From: an uncultured Holophagales bacterium | GTDB lineage: Bacteria; Acidobacteriota; Thermoanaerobaculia; Multivoradales; UBA5704 | Direction: 5' to 3' | Assembly (NCBI GenBank): GCA_963842525.1 | Contig: CAWJGT010000004.1 | Location: 96,001-160,000, forward strand | DNA: 64,000 nt | Shown: positions 48,625-59,544 of the stretch, one piece after another | How the letters are laid out: every line of letters begins with the position of its first letter | Numbering within the stretch: the first letter of the stretch is position 1 | Made by a program: the position numbers and the translations under genes | The notes under the pieces: generated by a model | What the model was told of the DNA's origin: nothing | Databases searched by the model: none | What the model saw: the letters and a program-made list of their open reading frames with translations, nothing else

Positions 48625-49785
48625 AGGCCCGTCTCGGCCGCAACGTCCTGGCTCTCGCCGTGGTGAGCCTGCTCACCGACGTGGCGACCGAGATGACCTA
48701 TCCGCTCCTGCCGCTCTTCCTCTCGACCGTCCTCGGAGCGGGCGCCATGGCCGTGGGAGCGATCGAGGGGGCTGCGGAGTCGACCGCGGCGCTCCTCCGG
48801 CTGGGGAGCGGCTGGCTGTCGGACCGCGTGCCGCGGCGCAAGCCCCTGGTCCTGGCCGGCTACGGGATCGCCTCCCTCGTCCGGCCGCTGATCGGCCTCG
48901 CGCAGTCCGCCTCCCAGGTGCTGGCGATCCGCGTGATGGACCGGGTGGGGAAGGGGATCCGGGGAGCGCCGCGGGACGCCCTGATCGCCGACTCGGTCGA
49001 TCCCGCGATCCGCGGCCGGGCGTTCGGCTTCCACCGCGCGGCGGACCATGCCGGAGCCGTGATCGGCCCGCTCCTCGCCTTCGCGCTCCTCACCTGGGCA
49101 GGCGTGTCGTCTGCGCACGCTCTTCCTCCTCACCGCAATTCCGGGCGCGCTGGCCGTGGCCGCGCTCATCTTCGGCGTGCGCGAGGTGCCGCGGGCGACC
49201 CCGGACACCGCGAAGAAGCTGGACCTGGGAAAGCCGCTGAGCAAACGCTTCTGGGCCTTCCTCGCCGTCCTCTTCGTCTTCACGCTGGGCAACTCGACCG
49301 ACGCCTTCCTCCTCCTGCGTGCTGCGGACCTGGGAGTGCCGCAGGCCCTGATCCCGATCCTCTGGGCGGCTCTGCACGTGGTCAAGTCGGCCTCCAGCAC
49401 CCCGGGCGGAGCACTCTCCGACCGCATCGGCCGCAAGCCGCTCCTGGTCGCCGGCTGGCTCCTCTACGCAGCGGTCTACTTCGGCCTCGCAAGGGCGCAG
49501 GCGGAGTGGCACGCCTGGGCCCTCTTCGCCGTCTACGGAATCTACTTCGGCCTGACCGAAGGAGTGGAGAAGGCCCTGGTCGCCGACCTGGTCCCGGCGG
49601 ACCGCCGCGGCACGGCCTTCGGCTGGTACAACCTCGCACTGGGCCTCGGAGCCCTGCCGGCCTCTCTGCTCTTCGGAGCCATCTGGGACCGGGCGGGGGC
49701 GCCGGCCGCCTTCGGCTTCGGGGCCGCGATGGCGCTTGTGGCTGCGATTGGGATCGCTGTCGTGGCGCCGCGTGCACGGGATTGA
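48621..49785 (+). CDS. MFS transporter (frameshift about 49110)
   Basis: GWLSDR..RRKP, DRVGKGIRGAPRDA, second half GALSDRIGRK; two overlapping ORFs join into one 12-TM protein. Confidence 0.88.
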
Positions 49786-49814
49786 GCGCGCGGGAAATGG
49801 CCCGTGCGATCGAG

Positions 49815-49844
49815 TTGACACGAATCTCAAAGTATGAGTAGAGT
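49815..49844 (+). promoter_or_regulatory. Putative sigma70 promoter
   Basis: TTGACA-N18-TAGAGT, about 30 bp upstream of the Cys-rich gene. Confidence 0.4.
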
Positions 49845-49874
49845 GTTAGATACTCTAAATGGGAGGCCGTGTCT

Positions 49875-50252
49875 ATGGCAAGACGGACGCGCTGGATTGG
49901 ACAGGCAGTCTTGGTCGCACTGGTTCTGGCAGCCACCGAAGGTGCCGCGTGGGCGTGGTGCGGCACTTGTCAAGTGTGCAGAGAGAAGACGATCATTACG
50001 ATTCCCGCTGACTTCTGCGGGGTAGCGAATGACGAGAATGGGTCGATGTGCTGCAGCGAGTTCGATTCCGGCATTGGGACGTACTGCTATGAGTCTGGTT
50101 CCGCGTGCTACGGCATCATTGTCGATGACGGCGGCGGAACCGGTGGCGGTGGTGGTGGTGGTGGCGGTAGCTGCACGTATCAGAACGGCTGGTGTCCTGC
50201 CGAATGCATGAACTGCAGCGGCGGCGGCGTCGGATGGCCGCCGCGGATCTAG
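49875..50252 (+). CDS. Small secreted 12-Cys protein with poly-Gly linker
   Basis: GGGAGG SD; signal peptide ending AWA; 8-Cys domain, Gly run, then C-x6-CPAECxxC. Confidence 0.75.
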   Translation: MARRTRWIGQAVLVALVLAATEGAAWAWCGTCQVCREKTIITIPADFCGVANDENGSMCCSEFDSGIGTYCYESGSACYGIIVDDGGGTGGGGGGGGGSCTYQNGWCPAECMNCSGGGVGWPPRI

Positions 50253-50349
50253 CCGGACTCGGGAGCCGCCTATCCTAGCCACCAGCCGGCGAGGCGACCG
50301 AATCGCTCGCCGGCCTTAATGTCGTTAGCTATAGGAGACAGGTGCATCC

Positions 50350-52644
50350 TTGAAGACGGTTGCTTCTTTCCTTGCGTTCTGGGCAAGTGTTGCAGCTATT
50401 GGCTGGTCTCCGGCTGCTGTTGGTGAGCCGCCCCCAGGCGCTCCTCCAAGTTCCGCCACTGCCAAGATCCACGTCACGCTGGTTTCAACGGCAGGGACGC
50501 CTTTAGCGGGGGAAGGATTTGTCGTTTTCAAGCCGCCCGCATCTGCTACTCCCGTCACCCCCGTGGTAGTGCCTACCAAGTTGCCTGGATACGTAACGGC
50601 CGAGTTGCCCGTCGGCTCTCAGTGGCTTCTGTTTGCGGATTTCCCGGGCTACTTCGCGGCGACGTCTGTTCTTCAAGTGCCACTGGCCGATCCTATGGAG
50701 GTGCACATAACGCTGCGGCCGGCCGGCACGCTGACCGGTAAGTTCACCCTCGAGGGCAAAGAGAAATTGCCCGAGAGCTTGGAAATTCGATTCGAGCCTA
50801 CCCGCGAGACTCTTCCCAAGAAGCAGGACATACCTGCAGGATCAGCCCCATGTGCCGTAGGCCCGTCGGGAGACTGGCGGTGCCGACTGCCTGCGGGGCG
50901 GCTCGACATCGCTCTGCATCCGAAGGGGTTCGTTCCCCACTACCTCTTGAATATCAACATCCCGGCCAGCGAGACGAGCTCGCTCGGGTCGCGGAAGCTC
51001 ATTCGGGGCGCTTCGGTGTCAGGATGGATCATGCGGGAGGACGGTACGCCGGCGGAGAAATGCCGGGTACGTCTGGAGCCGAAGACGGCACCAGGCCGCC
51101 CAAACGACCCCGTACTGGAGTTCCTTCGGGCAGTTGCCAGCGAGGTGCCGTGCCAGGGAAAGGGGTTTTTCCAGTTCTCGGCGGTGGGTGCTGGTTCGTA
51201 CGCGCTCGTTGCGCACGAGAACGATGCACGGGCCCAGATGTCACCCGTCGAAGTTTGGAATAACGCAGAATCGAGACTCACGGAGCCCATCGTGCTTCGG
51301 CGTCCCGTCGACTTTGAGGTGACGCTCTCTCCGCCGACAGACTGGCTCGGACAACCCTGGCGGGTCGAGGCGCTTCGGGCGAGCGAGTATCGAGCAGGAT
51401 GGGAGGAACCTTCGTACCGAGCCGAGGCTACCCGGGACGGACGCCTGCGGCTCCCCAAACAGTCGCCGGGCCGGTTCTGGATCACGGTCTACGACCGGCT
51501 CGGTAACGCAGTCTTCTCAGACCCGCATGTGGATCTCTCCGCCCCGTCGGTACCGTACCCGATCACCCTTGACTTGCTCTGGGTCGAAGGCAGGATACAC
51601 TTTGGCGACGAGCCCTTGACCGGACGTCTCTTTTTCGGTGGGCGAAGCGGTGCGACTACGATCGAGATGACATCCGACGAGAACGGCCGCTTCGAGGGGC
51701 CGCTCCCGAAGCCGGGCGCCTGGCGGGTGGACATTGAAGGTGCCGAGCCCCGCTTAAGGACATCTGTGAAAGTAGAGGTGAAGCCGAAGGGTGATCGCGC
51801 ATCGTTGGCGATCGAATTGCCCAACACCAACGTCTACGGGCGAGTGGTCGATCCTTCGGGAAAGCCAGCACCGGGCGCGGAGGTCACCCTCAGCTCGACG
51901 GTCAGCACCATCGCCACCAAGACCGATGGAAAAGGAGAGTTCAAGATTCGAGCCTTCCCGAAAGGGACCAATGAGTTGTCCTCGGCGCGAGCGGCTGCAG
52001 AAGGAGGCCGCGAGGTCAGCGACCTCTACAGGTTTGAGGCGGCCGACGATTCGCCCCATGGACCAGTTGTGCTCACACTACGGCAAACGCAAGCGATTCA
52101 CGGAAGAGTTCTTGCAGCAACAGGGCCCGTGATCGGTGCAACCGTAAGTGCGTGGTCCACATCGAGCGGAGACGGGGTTGTTTCGACGGTACGCTCCGGG
52201 CTCGACGGACGTTTTGAGCTGAAGCTGCCCGCGGGAACGCAGGTCGTGCAAGCTGTTGTGAGCCCCCCGGGAGGAGCGCTCAAAGCCTATGAGGTCAACG
52301 TTTCGAGTGACGCCGAGATCCTGTTTCAGGTGGAATCGTCAGGTGGCGAAGTGGTCATGGATCTCGGCAAGAGCGGGCCGCCTGACGGCGGGATTCTCGT
52401 GGTCTGGCAGGATGATATTGGGATTCCTCTCGGAACGCTCGTTCGTTGGACGGAAGGGCATGGGGTCCGTTTTCAGCAGGGAAGCCAAGTACACATTCCT
52501 CAATTGGCGCCGGGCTACTATGCGGTGTGCGTCGGCACTGCAGCGATCGTGGCTTCGAGTGACATCGATGCATGGAAAACCCGAGGAAGGTGTGCGTCCG
52601 GCTACCTCGCAGCAGCCTCTACGCTCGATTTACGTCTGCCTTGA
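50350..52644 (+). CDS. Secreted protein with carboxypeptidase-regulatory-like beta-sandwich repeats
   Basis: Signal peptide; repeated motifs such as GRVVDPSGKPAPGAEV, TDGKGEF, SDENGRF. Confidence 0.75.
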   Translation: MKTVASFLAFWASVAAIGWSPAAVGEPPPGAPPSSATAKIHVTLVSTAGTPLAGEGFVVFKPPASATPVTPVVVPTKLPGYVTAELPVGSQWLLFADFPGYFAATSVLQVPLADPMEVHITLRPAGTLTGKFTLEGKEKLPESLEIRFEPTRETLPKKQDIPAGSAPCAVGPSGDWRCRLPAGRLDIALHPKGFVPHYLLNINIPASETSSLGSRKLIRGASVSGWIMREDGTPAEKCRVRLEPKTAPGRPNDPVLEFLRAVASEVPCQGKGFFQFSAVGAGSYALVAHENDARAQMSPVEVWNNAESRLTEPIVLRRPVDFEVTLSPPTDWLGQPWRVEALRASEYRAGWEEPSYRAEATRDGRLRLPKQSPGRFWITVYDRLGNAVFSDPHVDLSAPSVPYPITLDLLWVEGRIHFGDEPLTGRLFFGGRSGATTIEMTSDENGRFEGPLPKPGAWRVDIEGAEPRLRTSVKVEVKPKGDRASLAIELPNTNVYGRVVDPSGKPAPGAEVTLSSTVSTIATKTDGKGEFKIRAFPKGTNELSSARAAAEGGREVSDLYRFEAADDSPHGPVVLTLRQTQAIHGRVLAATGPVIGATVSAWSTSSGDGVVSTVRSGLDGRFELKLPAGTQVVQAVVSPPGGALKAYEVNVSSDAEILFQVESSGGEVVMDLGKSGPPDGGILVVWQDDIGIPLGTLVRWTEGHGVRFQQGSQVHIPQLAPGYYAVCVGTAAIVASSDIDAWKTRGRCASGYLAAASTLDLRLP

Positions 52645-52678
52645 AGACGGGTTCTCTGCTTTTGGCGGTGCCAGCCAC

Positions 52679-54817
52679 TTATTTTGGCGTCCCCTGGGGC
52701 ACCGGGAATCCGCGCTTGCGCATCAGCGCCGCGGTACCGGGATCTTTGCCGCGGAAGGCCTGGTAAGCGTCGGCGGGCGCCATCGTGTTGCCGATCGAGA
52801 AGACGTGATCGGTCAGGCGCTTGGCCATCGCCTTGTCATACGCGCCGCCCGCTTCCTTGAACGCTTCCCAGGCGTCCGCGGAAAGGGTATCCGCCCAGAG
52901 GTAGCTGTAGTAACCCGCCGAGTAGCCGTCACCGGAGAAGACATGGCCGAACTGCGGTGTGCGGTGCCGCATGACGATCTCCTTCGGCATGCCCAGCGCG
53001 GCGAGGGTCTCGCGCTCGAACGCGTCAGGATCGATGTCCTTGTCGGGCGTCGCGGCGAAGTGCAGCTTCATGTCCATCAACGCCGCCGCGAGGTATTCGA
53101 CGGTCTGGAAGCCCTGGTTGAACTTCGAGGCACGCTCGATGCGGTCGACCAGCTCCTTCGGGATCGGTTTTCCGGTCTGGTAATGCAATGCAAAACGGCT
53201 GAGGACTTCGGGCGTTGACAGCCAGTTTTCCAGAAGCTGGGACGGAAACTCGACGTAGTCCCTCGCCACGTTGGCTCCCGAGAGCGACGGGTACTCGACC
53301 GACGACGCCAGGCCGTGAAGAGCATGGCCGAATTCGTGGAAGAGCGCCGAGGCGTCCTCCCAACTGATCAGGATCGGCTCGCCCGGCTTGGCTTTGACGA
53401 AGTTGGTGTTGTTGGAGACGATGGTCGTGATCGGACCGTCGAAACGCTCCTGTTCACGGTAGGCGTTCATCCAGGCGCCGGAATTCTTGCCGGGACGGGC
53501 ATAGGGATCGAAGTACCATAGGCCGACGTGCTGGCCCGTCCGGCCGGTCACTTCCCAGACCCGGATGTCGGGAGTCAACGTCGGGAGGCCCTGGACCGGC
53601 TTGAACTGGAAACCAAAGAGCTCGCCGGCCACCCAGAACATGCCCTCGCGCAGCTTTTCGAGCTGCAGATAGGGCATGACGGCGTTTTGATCGAGGTCGT
53701 ACTTCGCCTTGCGCACCTTTTCGGCGTAGTAGCGGTAGTCCCAGGGCTCGATCGTGATGTTCGCCCCTTCCTTGTCCGCCAGCGCCTGCATGTCGGCGAC
53801 CTCTTCATGGACGCGGGCGACCGCGGGCTTCCAGACCGCCTCCATGAGCTCCATGGCGCGCTCCGGCGTCTGGGCCATCGAGTCCTCCAGGCGCCAGTGG
53901 GCGTGGGTCGTGTAGCCGAGGAGCTTCGCCCTCTCGGACCGCAGCTTGAGGATCTCGGTGATGATCTTGTTGTTGTCCTTGGCGTCGCCGTTGTCGCCGC
54001 GGCTGAAGTAGGTGCGCCAGACCTTTTCGCGCAGGTCGCGGCGGTCGGAGTAGGTGAGGAAAGGCTCCATGCTGGAACGCGTGTTGAGGATCGCCCATTT
54101 CCCTTTCACGCCCCGCGATTCGGCGCCAGCGGCAGCACCCTGCCGCACCGGCTCGGGCAACCCTGCGAGGTCCGGTTCCTTCTCGAGCACCAGCATGTAG
54201 TTGGCCTCATCGGCGAGCAGGTTCTGGCTGAAGGTCGTGAAGAGGGTGGCAAGGCGCTGATTGATGGCCGAGAGGCGTTCCTTGGACGGCTTGTCGAGGC
54301 GGGCGCCGGCACGCACGAACGTCGTGTAGCGGTACCAGCCGAGCCGCTTCTGCTCGGGGGTGAGATTCAAGGATTCGCGCGCTTCGTAGACCGCGGCGAT
54401 GCGGGCGAAGAGCCGTTCATTCTGCGTGATCTGGTCGCCAAAAGCCGCGAGCTTGGGCGCCATTTCGCTCTCCACCGCCTGGAACTCCGGCGTGGACATG
54501 GTCGAGCTGAATACACCGAAAATGGCCCCGATCCGGCTCAGCGTCCGTCCCGACCGTTCCAGGGCGGCGAGGGTGTTCTCGAAGTCGGGCTTGGCAGGAT
54601 CTGCGGCGATGGCCTCGATCTCCGCCAGTTGCTCGGCCATCGCGGCTTCGAGGGCGGGTTTGAAGTGCTCGACCCGAACCGCGTCGTACGGCGGCACGCC
54701 GCCGTACGGTCCTGTCCACTTGCCGAGGAGCGGGCCCGGCGACGGAGCGGCGGCCATCAGCGGTGCGTACATGAGCAAACCGGCGAGGCCGAGTGCGGGA
54801 AGATGGGTCCTTGGCAT
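52679..54817 (-). CDS. dcp: M3 family peptidyl-dipeptidase, exported
   Basis: FHEFGHALH, DYVEFPSQ, HVFSGDGYSAGYYSY; signal peptide. Confidence 0.9.
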   Translation of the reverse strand: MPRTHLPALGLAGLLMYAPLMAAAPSPGPLLGKWTGPYGGVPPYDAVRVEHFKPALEAAMAEQLAEIEAIAADPAKPDFENTLAALERSGRTLSRIGAIFGVFSSTMSTPEFQAVESEMAPKLAAFGDQITQNERLFARIAAVYEARESLNLTPEQKRLGWYRYTTFVRAGARLDKPSKERLSAINQRLATLFTTFSQNLLADEANYMLVLEKEPDLAGLPEPVRQGAAAGAESRGVKGKWAILNTRSSMEPFLTYSDRRDLREKVWRTYFSRGDNGDAKDNNKIITEILKLRSERAKLLGYTTHAHWRLEDSMAQTPERAMELMEAVWKPAVARVHEEVADMQALADKEGANITIEPWDYRYYAEKVRKAKYDLDQNAVMPYLQLEKLREGMFWVAGELFGFQFKPVQGLPTLTPDIRVWEVTGRTGQHVGLWYFDPYARPGKNSGAWMNAYREQERFDGPITTIVSNNTNFVKAKPGEPILISWEDASALFHEFGHALHGLASSVEYPSLSGANVARDYVEFPSQLLENWLSTPEVLSRFALHYQTGKPIPKELVDRIERASKFNQGFQTVEYLAAALMDMKLHFAATPDKDIDPDAFERETLAALGMPKEIVMRHRTPQFGHVFSGDGYSAGYYSYLWADTLSADAWEAFKEAGGAYDKAMAKRLTDHVFSIGNTMAPADAYQAFRGKDPGTAALMRKRGFPVPQGTPK

Positions 54818-55133
54818 GACTGAGCTCTCCTTGGGATTCTGAACGGGCGTTGCATATCGGTCTCCTGGGCTTCACCCTGTCTGCGAGGCAACCCGCCCTT
54901 TCGGGCGGCTCGATTGTAGCTCGTCCCAAGGAAGAGCGTCGGTACGGGGCAGGCGACCGGCAAGGATGCCGGCGCTCCCAGCGAATCCTCGCGCGTAAGG
55001 GTAATTTGCCCTGGCTCCTGAGGGCTTTCCCTCATGGCTTGTGAAGCCCGGAAGGCACGAGAATGCGGTGCGCCGGCTCTTGGCGCAGGTTTTGCTCTCT
55101 CGTCACATCTGTGCACTTCACAAGGAGATGCTC

Positions 55134-56441
55134 ATGAAAACGCCCGGTTCCCTGCCAGTCGTTGTCCTCTTCGGCTTGTTGCTCGCTGTTCTCCCTCTGA
55201 CCCCGGCCGCTGGGGCCGGAGCGCCGACCTACGATCTCTACACGCCCCCGCCTTTCCTCGGCCAGAGCGCCGGCGAGCCGAGCCTGGGGATCAACTGGAA
55301 CACCGGCAACGTCATGTACATTGCCGGGCTCGAGACCCTGCGCGTGAGCTTCGACGACACGGTCATACCGGCGGCGGCAAGTTGGGTCGACGTCTCCTTC
55401 CCGTTGACGAGCATTCTCACTCTGGACCCGATCCTTTTCACCGATCCTCAGACCGGGCGGACCTTCGCTGCGCAGCTCGCCGGTCCGGCAAGCCTCATGG
55501 CCTTCAGCGATGACGACGGCGCGACCTGGCTGCCGTCCACGTCCGGCCTCGCCTCCGGAATCGATCATCAGTCGGTCGGCGGTGGCCCCCTGGCCCCAGG
55601 TCTGCCGGCCCTCGGTTATCCGCACACCGTCTACTACTGCTCGCAAGGAGTGGCGCTCGCCGCTTGCTCGCGGAGCCTCGACGGCGGCCTCGTCTTCGGC
55701 CCGCCGATCCCCCTCTATACGCTGCTCCAGTGCGGCGGTCTTCACGGCCATGTCAAGGTTGGGCCGGACGGCACCGCCTACGTCCCCAACAAGGGCTGCG
55801 GCACCCAGCAGGCGGTGGTGGTTTCGGCCAACAACGGCTTGACCTGGACGGTGCGCAAAGTGCCCGGCAGCTCACCGGGCGAAAACGATCCATCGGTGGG
55901 GATCGCGAGCGACGGCACGGTCTACTTCGGATTCGTCGGCGCCGACGGGCATGTGAGGGCGGCGGTCTCGCACAACAAGGGGGCCACTTGGTCGACGCCG
56001 AAGGACGTGGGAGCGCCGTTCGGCATTCAGAACGCCACCTTCCCGGCCGTGGTGGCGGGCGACGGCGACCGTGCAGCCGTCGCCTTCCTCGGGACGCCGA
56101 CGGGCGGCAATGGCACCGGGACCGATCCGAATTTCCCGGGCGTCTGGCATCTCTATGTCGCCACCACTTTTGATGGCGGAGCGACGTGGACGACGGTGGA
56201 TGCAACGCCCAATGACCCGGTCCAGCGTGGCTCGATCTGCCTCCAGGGGACGGGGTGCAGCAGCGCACGCAACCTGCTCGACTTCATGGACATCGGGGTC
56301 GACGCCGAGGGGCGGGTGCTGGTGGCGTTCGCGGATGGATGCGTCGGGCCGTGCGTCTCCGGCCCGCCGAACAGCGATACGGCGATTGCCGGCATCGCGC
56401 GCCAGAGTGGAGGCATGCGCCTCTTCGCGGCGTTCGACTGA
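55134..56441 (+). CDS. Secreted BNR/Asp-box (sialidase-like) beta-propeller protein
   Basis: AAGGAG SD, signal peptide; SDDDGATW, SLDGGLVF, SANNGLTW, SHNKGATW, TFDGGATW. Confidence 0.85.
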   Translation: MKTPGSLPVVVLFGLLLAVLPLTPAAGAGAPTYDLYTPPPFLGQSAGEPSLGINWNTGNVMYIAGLETLRVSFDDTVIPAAASWVDVSFPLTSILTLDPILFTDPQTGRTFAAQLAGPASLMAFSDDDGATWLPSTSGLASGIDHQSVGGGPLAPGLPALGYPHTVYYCSQGVALAACSRSLDGGLVFGPPIPLYTLLQCGGLHGHVKVGPDGTAYVPNKGCGTQQAVVVSANNGLTWTVRKVPGSSPGENDPSVGIASDGTVYFGFVGADGHVRAAVSHNKGATWSTPKDVGAPFGIQNATFPAVVAGDGDRAAVAFLGTPTGGNGTGTDPNFPGVWHLYVATTFDGGATWTTVDATPNDPVQRGSICLQGTGCSSARNLLDFMDIGVDAEGRVLVAFADGCVGPCVSGPPNSDTAIAGIARQSGGMRLFAAFD

Positions 56442-56538
56442 GAGCCAGACGCGGGAGGGAGGACGAAATCCTTTCCGCGTCCGTAACACTCCTCTTGGAA
56501 ACGGGTTATCCTCTAGATCCCGCTTCAAGGAGTGCTCC

Positions 56539-59538
56539 ATGAGCCGTCGTCCTCGCTTCATCGGTACCCTGCTTTGTCTCCTCGCCGGTCTCGGCGGGGC
56601 CGCGGTCCGCGCCCAGGAGCCCGATCCGGCGGCGCTGCGCAAGGCCGTCCAGGAGTCGCGCCTCGAGCCGGCGCGGGCCGTCGCCCTCAAGAATGTGAAG
56701 CTCGGCGCCGGCCTCGCCACGCTGCAGCTCGACGACGGGGTCCTGCTGCCGGCGTCGCCGGTCGGGGCGCGGACGGTCGAGGTGGTTTTCCTGGGCAAGG
56801 GCCGGATCGTGCTCGAGCCGCCGGACGAGATCGAGGCCGGGCAGCTCGACCTCTTCATCGGGTCGAACCGACTGGAGGAGGAGTTCACCGAGATGGTCCT
56901 CGTGCTCGGCATGGACGCGGCCGTGGATGCCATGCTGCGGAAGCCTGCGGCCACTCCAGAGGCGTCGCTCGTCCAGCGCGGCGAGGCGCTCTACCGGAAG
57001 TGGAAGGACGGGCCCGAGCGCAAGCTCCTGAACGTCGAGAGCGCCATCCTCCTGGACGCGGCCGGGGATCCGGCGTTCCAGGGGTACTTTGCGGCGTGGT
57101 TCCGCGGCAAGGAGCTCGGGGACTTCCTCTATCTGGTCAACCCGGAGGACCAGGAGCAGGTGGCCCTGGGGAGCTTCGTACCGCTGGAGGCGACGGAGAA
57201 GGAGAAGCGCAAGATCCTCAAGGAGATCGCCCGCCAGCAGCGCAAGGGCCGGCTGATCGGCCTCGAGTTGGAGGACCTCGGCCAGTGGGACACCTGGCTC
57301 TCGGCCTCGCTGCGCAACCGGGAGGGCACGCCGAGCCTGGGGGTCTCCTCGTTCGAGCCGGAGAAATACACCCTGGACGTCAGCATCGCCGAGCGCGACC
57401 TGCGGCTGACCGGACGCGCCCGGATCGACCTGCGGCCGGTGGTCCGCGGCGCCCGCGCGGCGGTCCTGCGGATCAACCCCAACCTCCAGGTCTCCAAGGT
57501 CTCAGACGGCTCCGGCCAGGGCCTTTTCTTCGTGCAGGCGGGAGACGATCTGACCGTCCTGCTGCCGCGCCCCGCCGCCGCGGGCGACAAGCTGGCCCTG
57601 GTCGTCGAGTACGCCGGGAGCGCGGTCGACAAGAGCCAGGGCTCCTATGCGCTGGCCGACACGCTCTTCTGGTATCCCCATGCCGGGACCGTCGACCGGG
57701 CCACCTATGACGTGACCCTGCGCTGGCCGAAGAAGCTGGAGCTCGCCGCCTGCGGACATCGGGTTGACGGTGGTGAGGCCTCCGACGGCACGCGCTGGGA
57801 GCGCCGCAGCCTGGACTTCCCGGCGAACGGCTTCTCCTTCGAGGTCGGCAAGTACCGGATCGAGGAGGCCCAGGCCGGCCATGTCCGGGTGAGGCTGGCT
57901 TTCGATCCCGACGTGTCGCGGATGGGCAAGGAGGCGCGGGAGGAGATCACCAAGGCGGTCACCGGATCGGTCTCCTACTTCGAGGAGCTGTTCGGCCCCT
58001 ATCCCCTGGACGAGCTGACGGTGGTCACGGTGCCGCGCTACTTCTCGCAGGCGGCCGGGCCGGGCCTGGTGACCCTGTCGAGCCTGATGATGCTCGACCT
58101 CGGCGCCTTCAACCTCCTGTTCGGCCTGGAGGACCGCCGCACCGTGGTTGCCCACGAGATCGCGCACCAGTGGTGGGGCCACAGCGTCGGCTGGTCCACC
58201 TATCGCGACCAGTGGATCAGCGAGGCCATGGCGAGCTACGCCGCCCTGCTCTTCGCCCGCAACCGCATCGACACCAAAGATCGCATCTGGCTGGGTCCCA
58301 CGTCCGGCTGGCAGAACGCCCTGCTGGACACCATTGAGGATGGCCGGGTCATCGAATCGATCGGTCCGGTGGTGCTGGGTGTACGCCTCATCTCCAGCCG
58401 GGCCGGCGACGCTTACCAGCCGATCGTCTATCAGAAGGGCGCGGTCATCCTCGACATGCTGGCGCGCAGCCTGGGCGAGCAAAATTTCCCCAAGATCCTG
58501 AAGCAGGTCGTCAAGGTGGCGGCCAACCGGCCGGTCTCGACCGAAGACTTCTTCGATCTGATCGAGCGGATCACCTCGACCGACCTCGATGCCTTCGCGC
58601 GGCAGTACGTCTACGGCACGGGGCTGCCGGAGGTCTATTACACCTACCGCTTCGAGCCGGCGGGGGAGGGCAAGTGGGTGGTCCGCGGAGAGGCGCGCCA
58701 GCAGGCGCCGTACCGCTACCAGTATCGCGTGGTGAAGACCGGTCGCGGGCTCGACGTGTCACGCGAGCGCCTCGACCAGATCAAGGTCGCGGACTCCACC
58801 CTCGTGGTGCCGGTCGAGATCGCCATCTACGATCCGTCGCGCGAGGACGGCAAGAAGAAGGGCCGGAAAGGCGAGAAGCCGGCCAATGCCATCGCCAAGG
58901 GGCACATCATGCTCAAGGGTGAGCAGACGTCGATCGAGATCCCTCTCGACCACGATCCGAAGGACTTCTGGCTCGACCGCCACGAGGTGGTCTTCGGCCG
59001 CTTCTTCAACGAGAGCCACAACCCGAAGCGGGTGCTCTTCTACCAGGCGGTGGACGCCGCCGCGGCCGGCAAGGCCGCGGATGCCGAGGCGCTCTTCGCC
59101 AAGGCGCTGGCGGCCGAAGTCGAAGTGTCGACCGATCCGGCCCATCCGCCGGACGAGAGGGAGGTCAAGAGGGAGGGGAAGTTCCTGGACGCCTGGATCG
59201 AGCTCCGGCGGGCGCGGCTGTACCTGGACCAGGACCGGGACGACGAAGCCCAGGCCTCCTTCGACCGCGCGCGCAAGGTCCTCGCCTCCTACAGCTTCTG
59301 GTTCGAAGAGGACTTGAAGGTGATCGAGTCGCGCCTCGACATCCGCCGCGGCGACCACGAAAAGGCCTTCAAGCGTCTGAACAAGGGGCTGCTCCGCAAG
59401 GGCACCCTGGACAGCACCGAGGGCTTCGTCCTCCTCGCCATCGCCGCTCAGGCCACCGGTCACACCGCGGAGCTCAAGGAGGCTATAGAGGCGGCCAAGG
59501 AGAACGGCGCGGACCTGGCGCTGCTGGGGAGCTCGTAG
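56539..59538 (+). CDS. Secreted M1 family aminopeptidase with C-terminal TPR
   Basis: AAGGAG SD, signal peptide, AHEIAHQWWG...WISEAMA, VYQKGA. Confidence 0.88.
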   Translation: MSRRPRFIGTLLCLLAGLGGAAVRAQEPDPAALRKAVQESRLEPARAVALKNVKLGAGLATLQLDDGVLLPASPVGARTVEVVFLGKGRIVLEPPDEIEAGQLDLFIGSNRLEEEFTEMVLVLGMDAAVDAMLRKPAATPEASLVQRGEALYRKWKDGPERKLLNVESAILLDAAGDPAFQGYFAAWFRGKELGDFLYLVNPEDQEQVALGSFVPLEATEKEKRKILKEIARQQRKGRLIGLELEDLGQWDTWLSASLRNREGTPSLGVSSFEPEKYTLDVSIAERDLRLTGRARIDLRPVVRGARAAVLRINPNLQVSKVSDGSGQGLFFVQAGDDLTVLLPRPAAAGDKLALVVEYAGSAVDKSQGSYALADTLFWYPHAGTVDRATYDVTLRWPKKLELAACGHRVDGGEASDGTRWERRSLDFPANGFSFEVGKYRIEEAQAGHVRVRLAFDPDVSRMGKEAREEITKAVTGSVSYFEELFGPYPLDELTVVTVPRYFSQAAGPGLVTLSSLMMLDLGAFNLLFGLEDRRTVVAHEIAHQWWGHSVGWSTYRDQWISEAMASYAALLFARNRIDTKDRIWLGPTSGWQNALLDTIEDGRVIESIGPVVLGVRLISSRAGDAYQPIVYQKGAVILDMLARSLGEQNFPKILKQVVKVAANRPVSTEDFFDLIERITSTDLDAFARQYVYGTGLPEVYYTYRFEPAGEGKWVVRGEARQQAPYRYQYRVVKTGRGLDVSRERLDQIKVADSTLVVPVEIAIYDPSREDGKKKGRKGEKPANAIAKGHIMLKGEQTSIEIPLDHDPKDFWLDRHEVVFGRFFNESHNPKRVLFYQAVDAAAAGKAADAEALFAKALAAEVEVSTDPAHPPDEREVKREGKFLDAWIELRRARLYLDQDRDDEAQASFDRARKVLASYSFWFEEDLKVIESRLDIRRGDHEKAFKRLNKGLLRKGTLDSTEGFVLLAIAAQATGHTAELKEAIEAAKENGADLALLGSS

Positions 59539-59544
59539 GACTCA

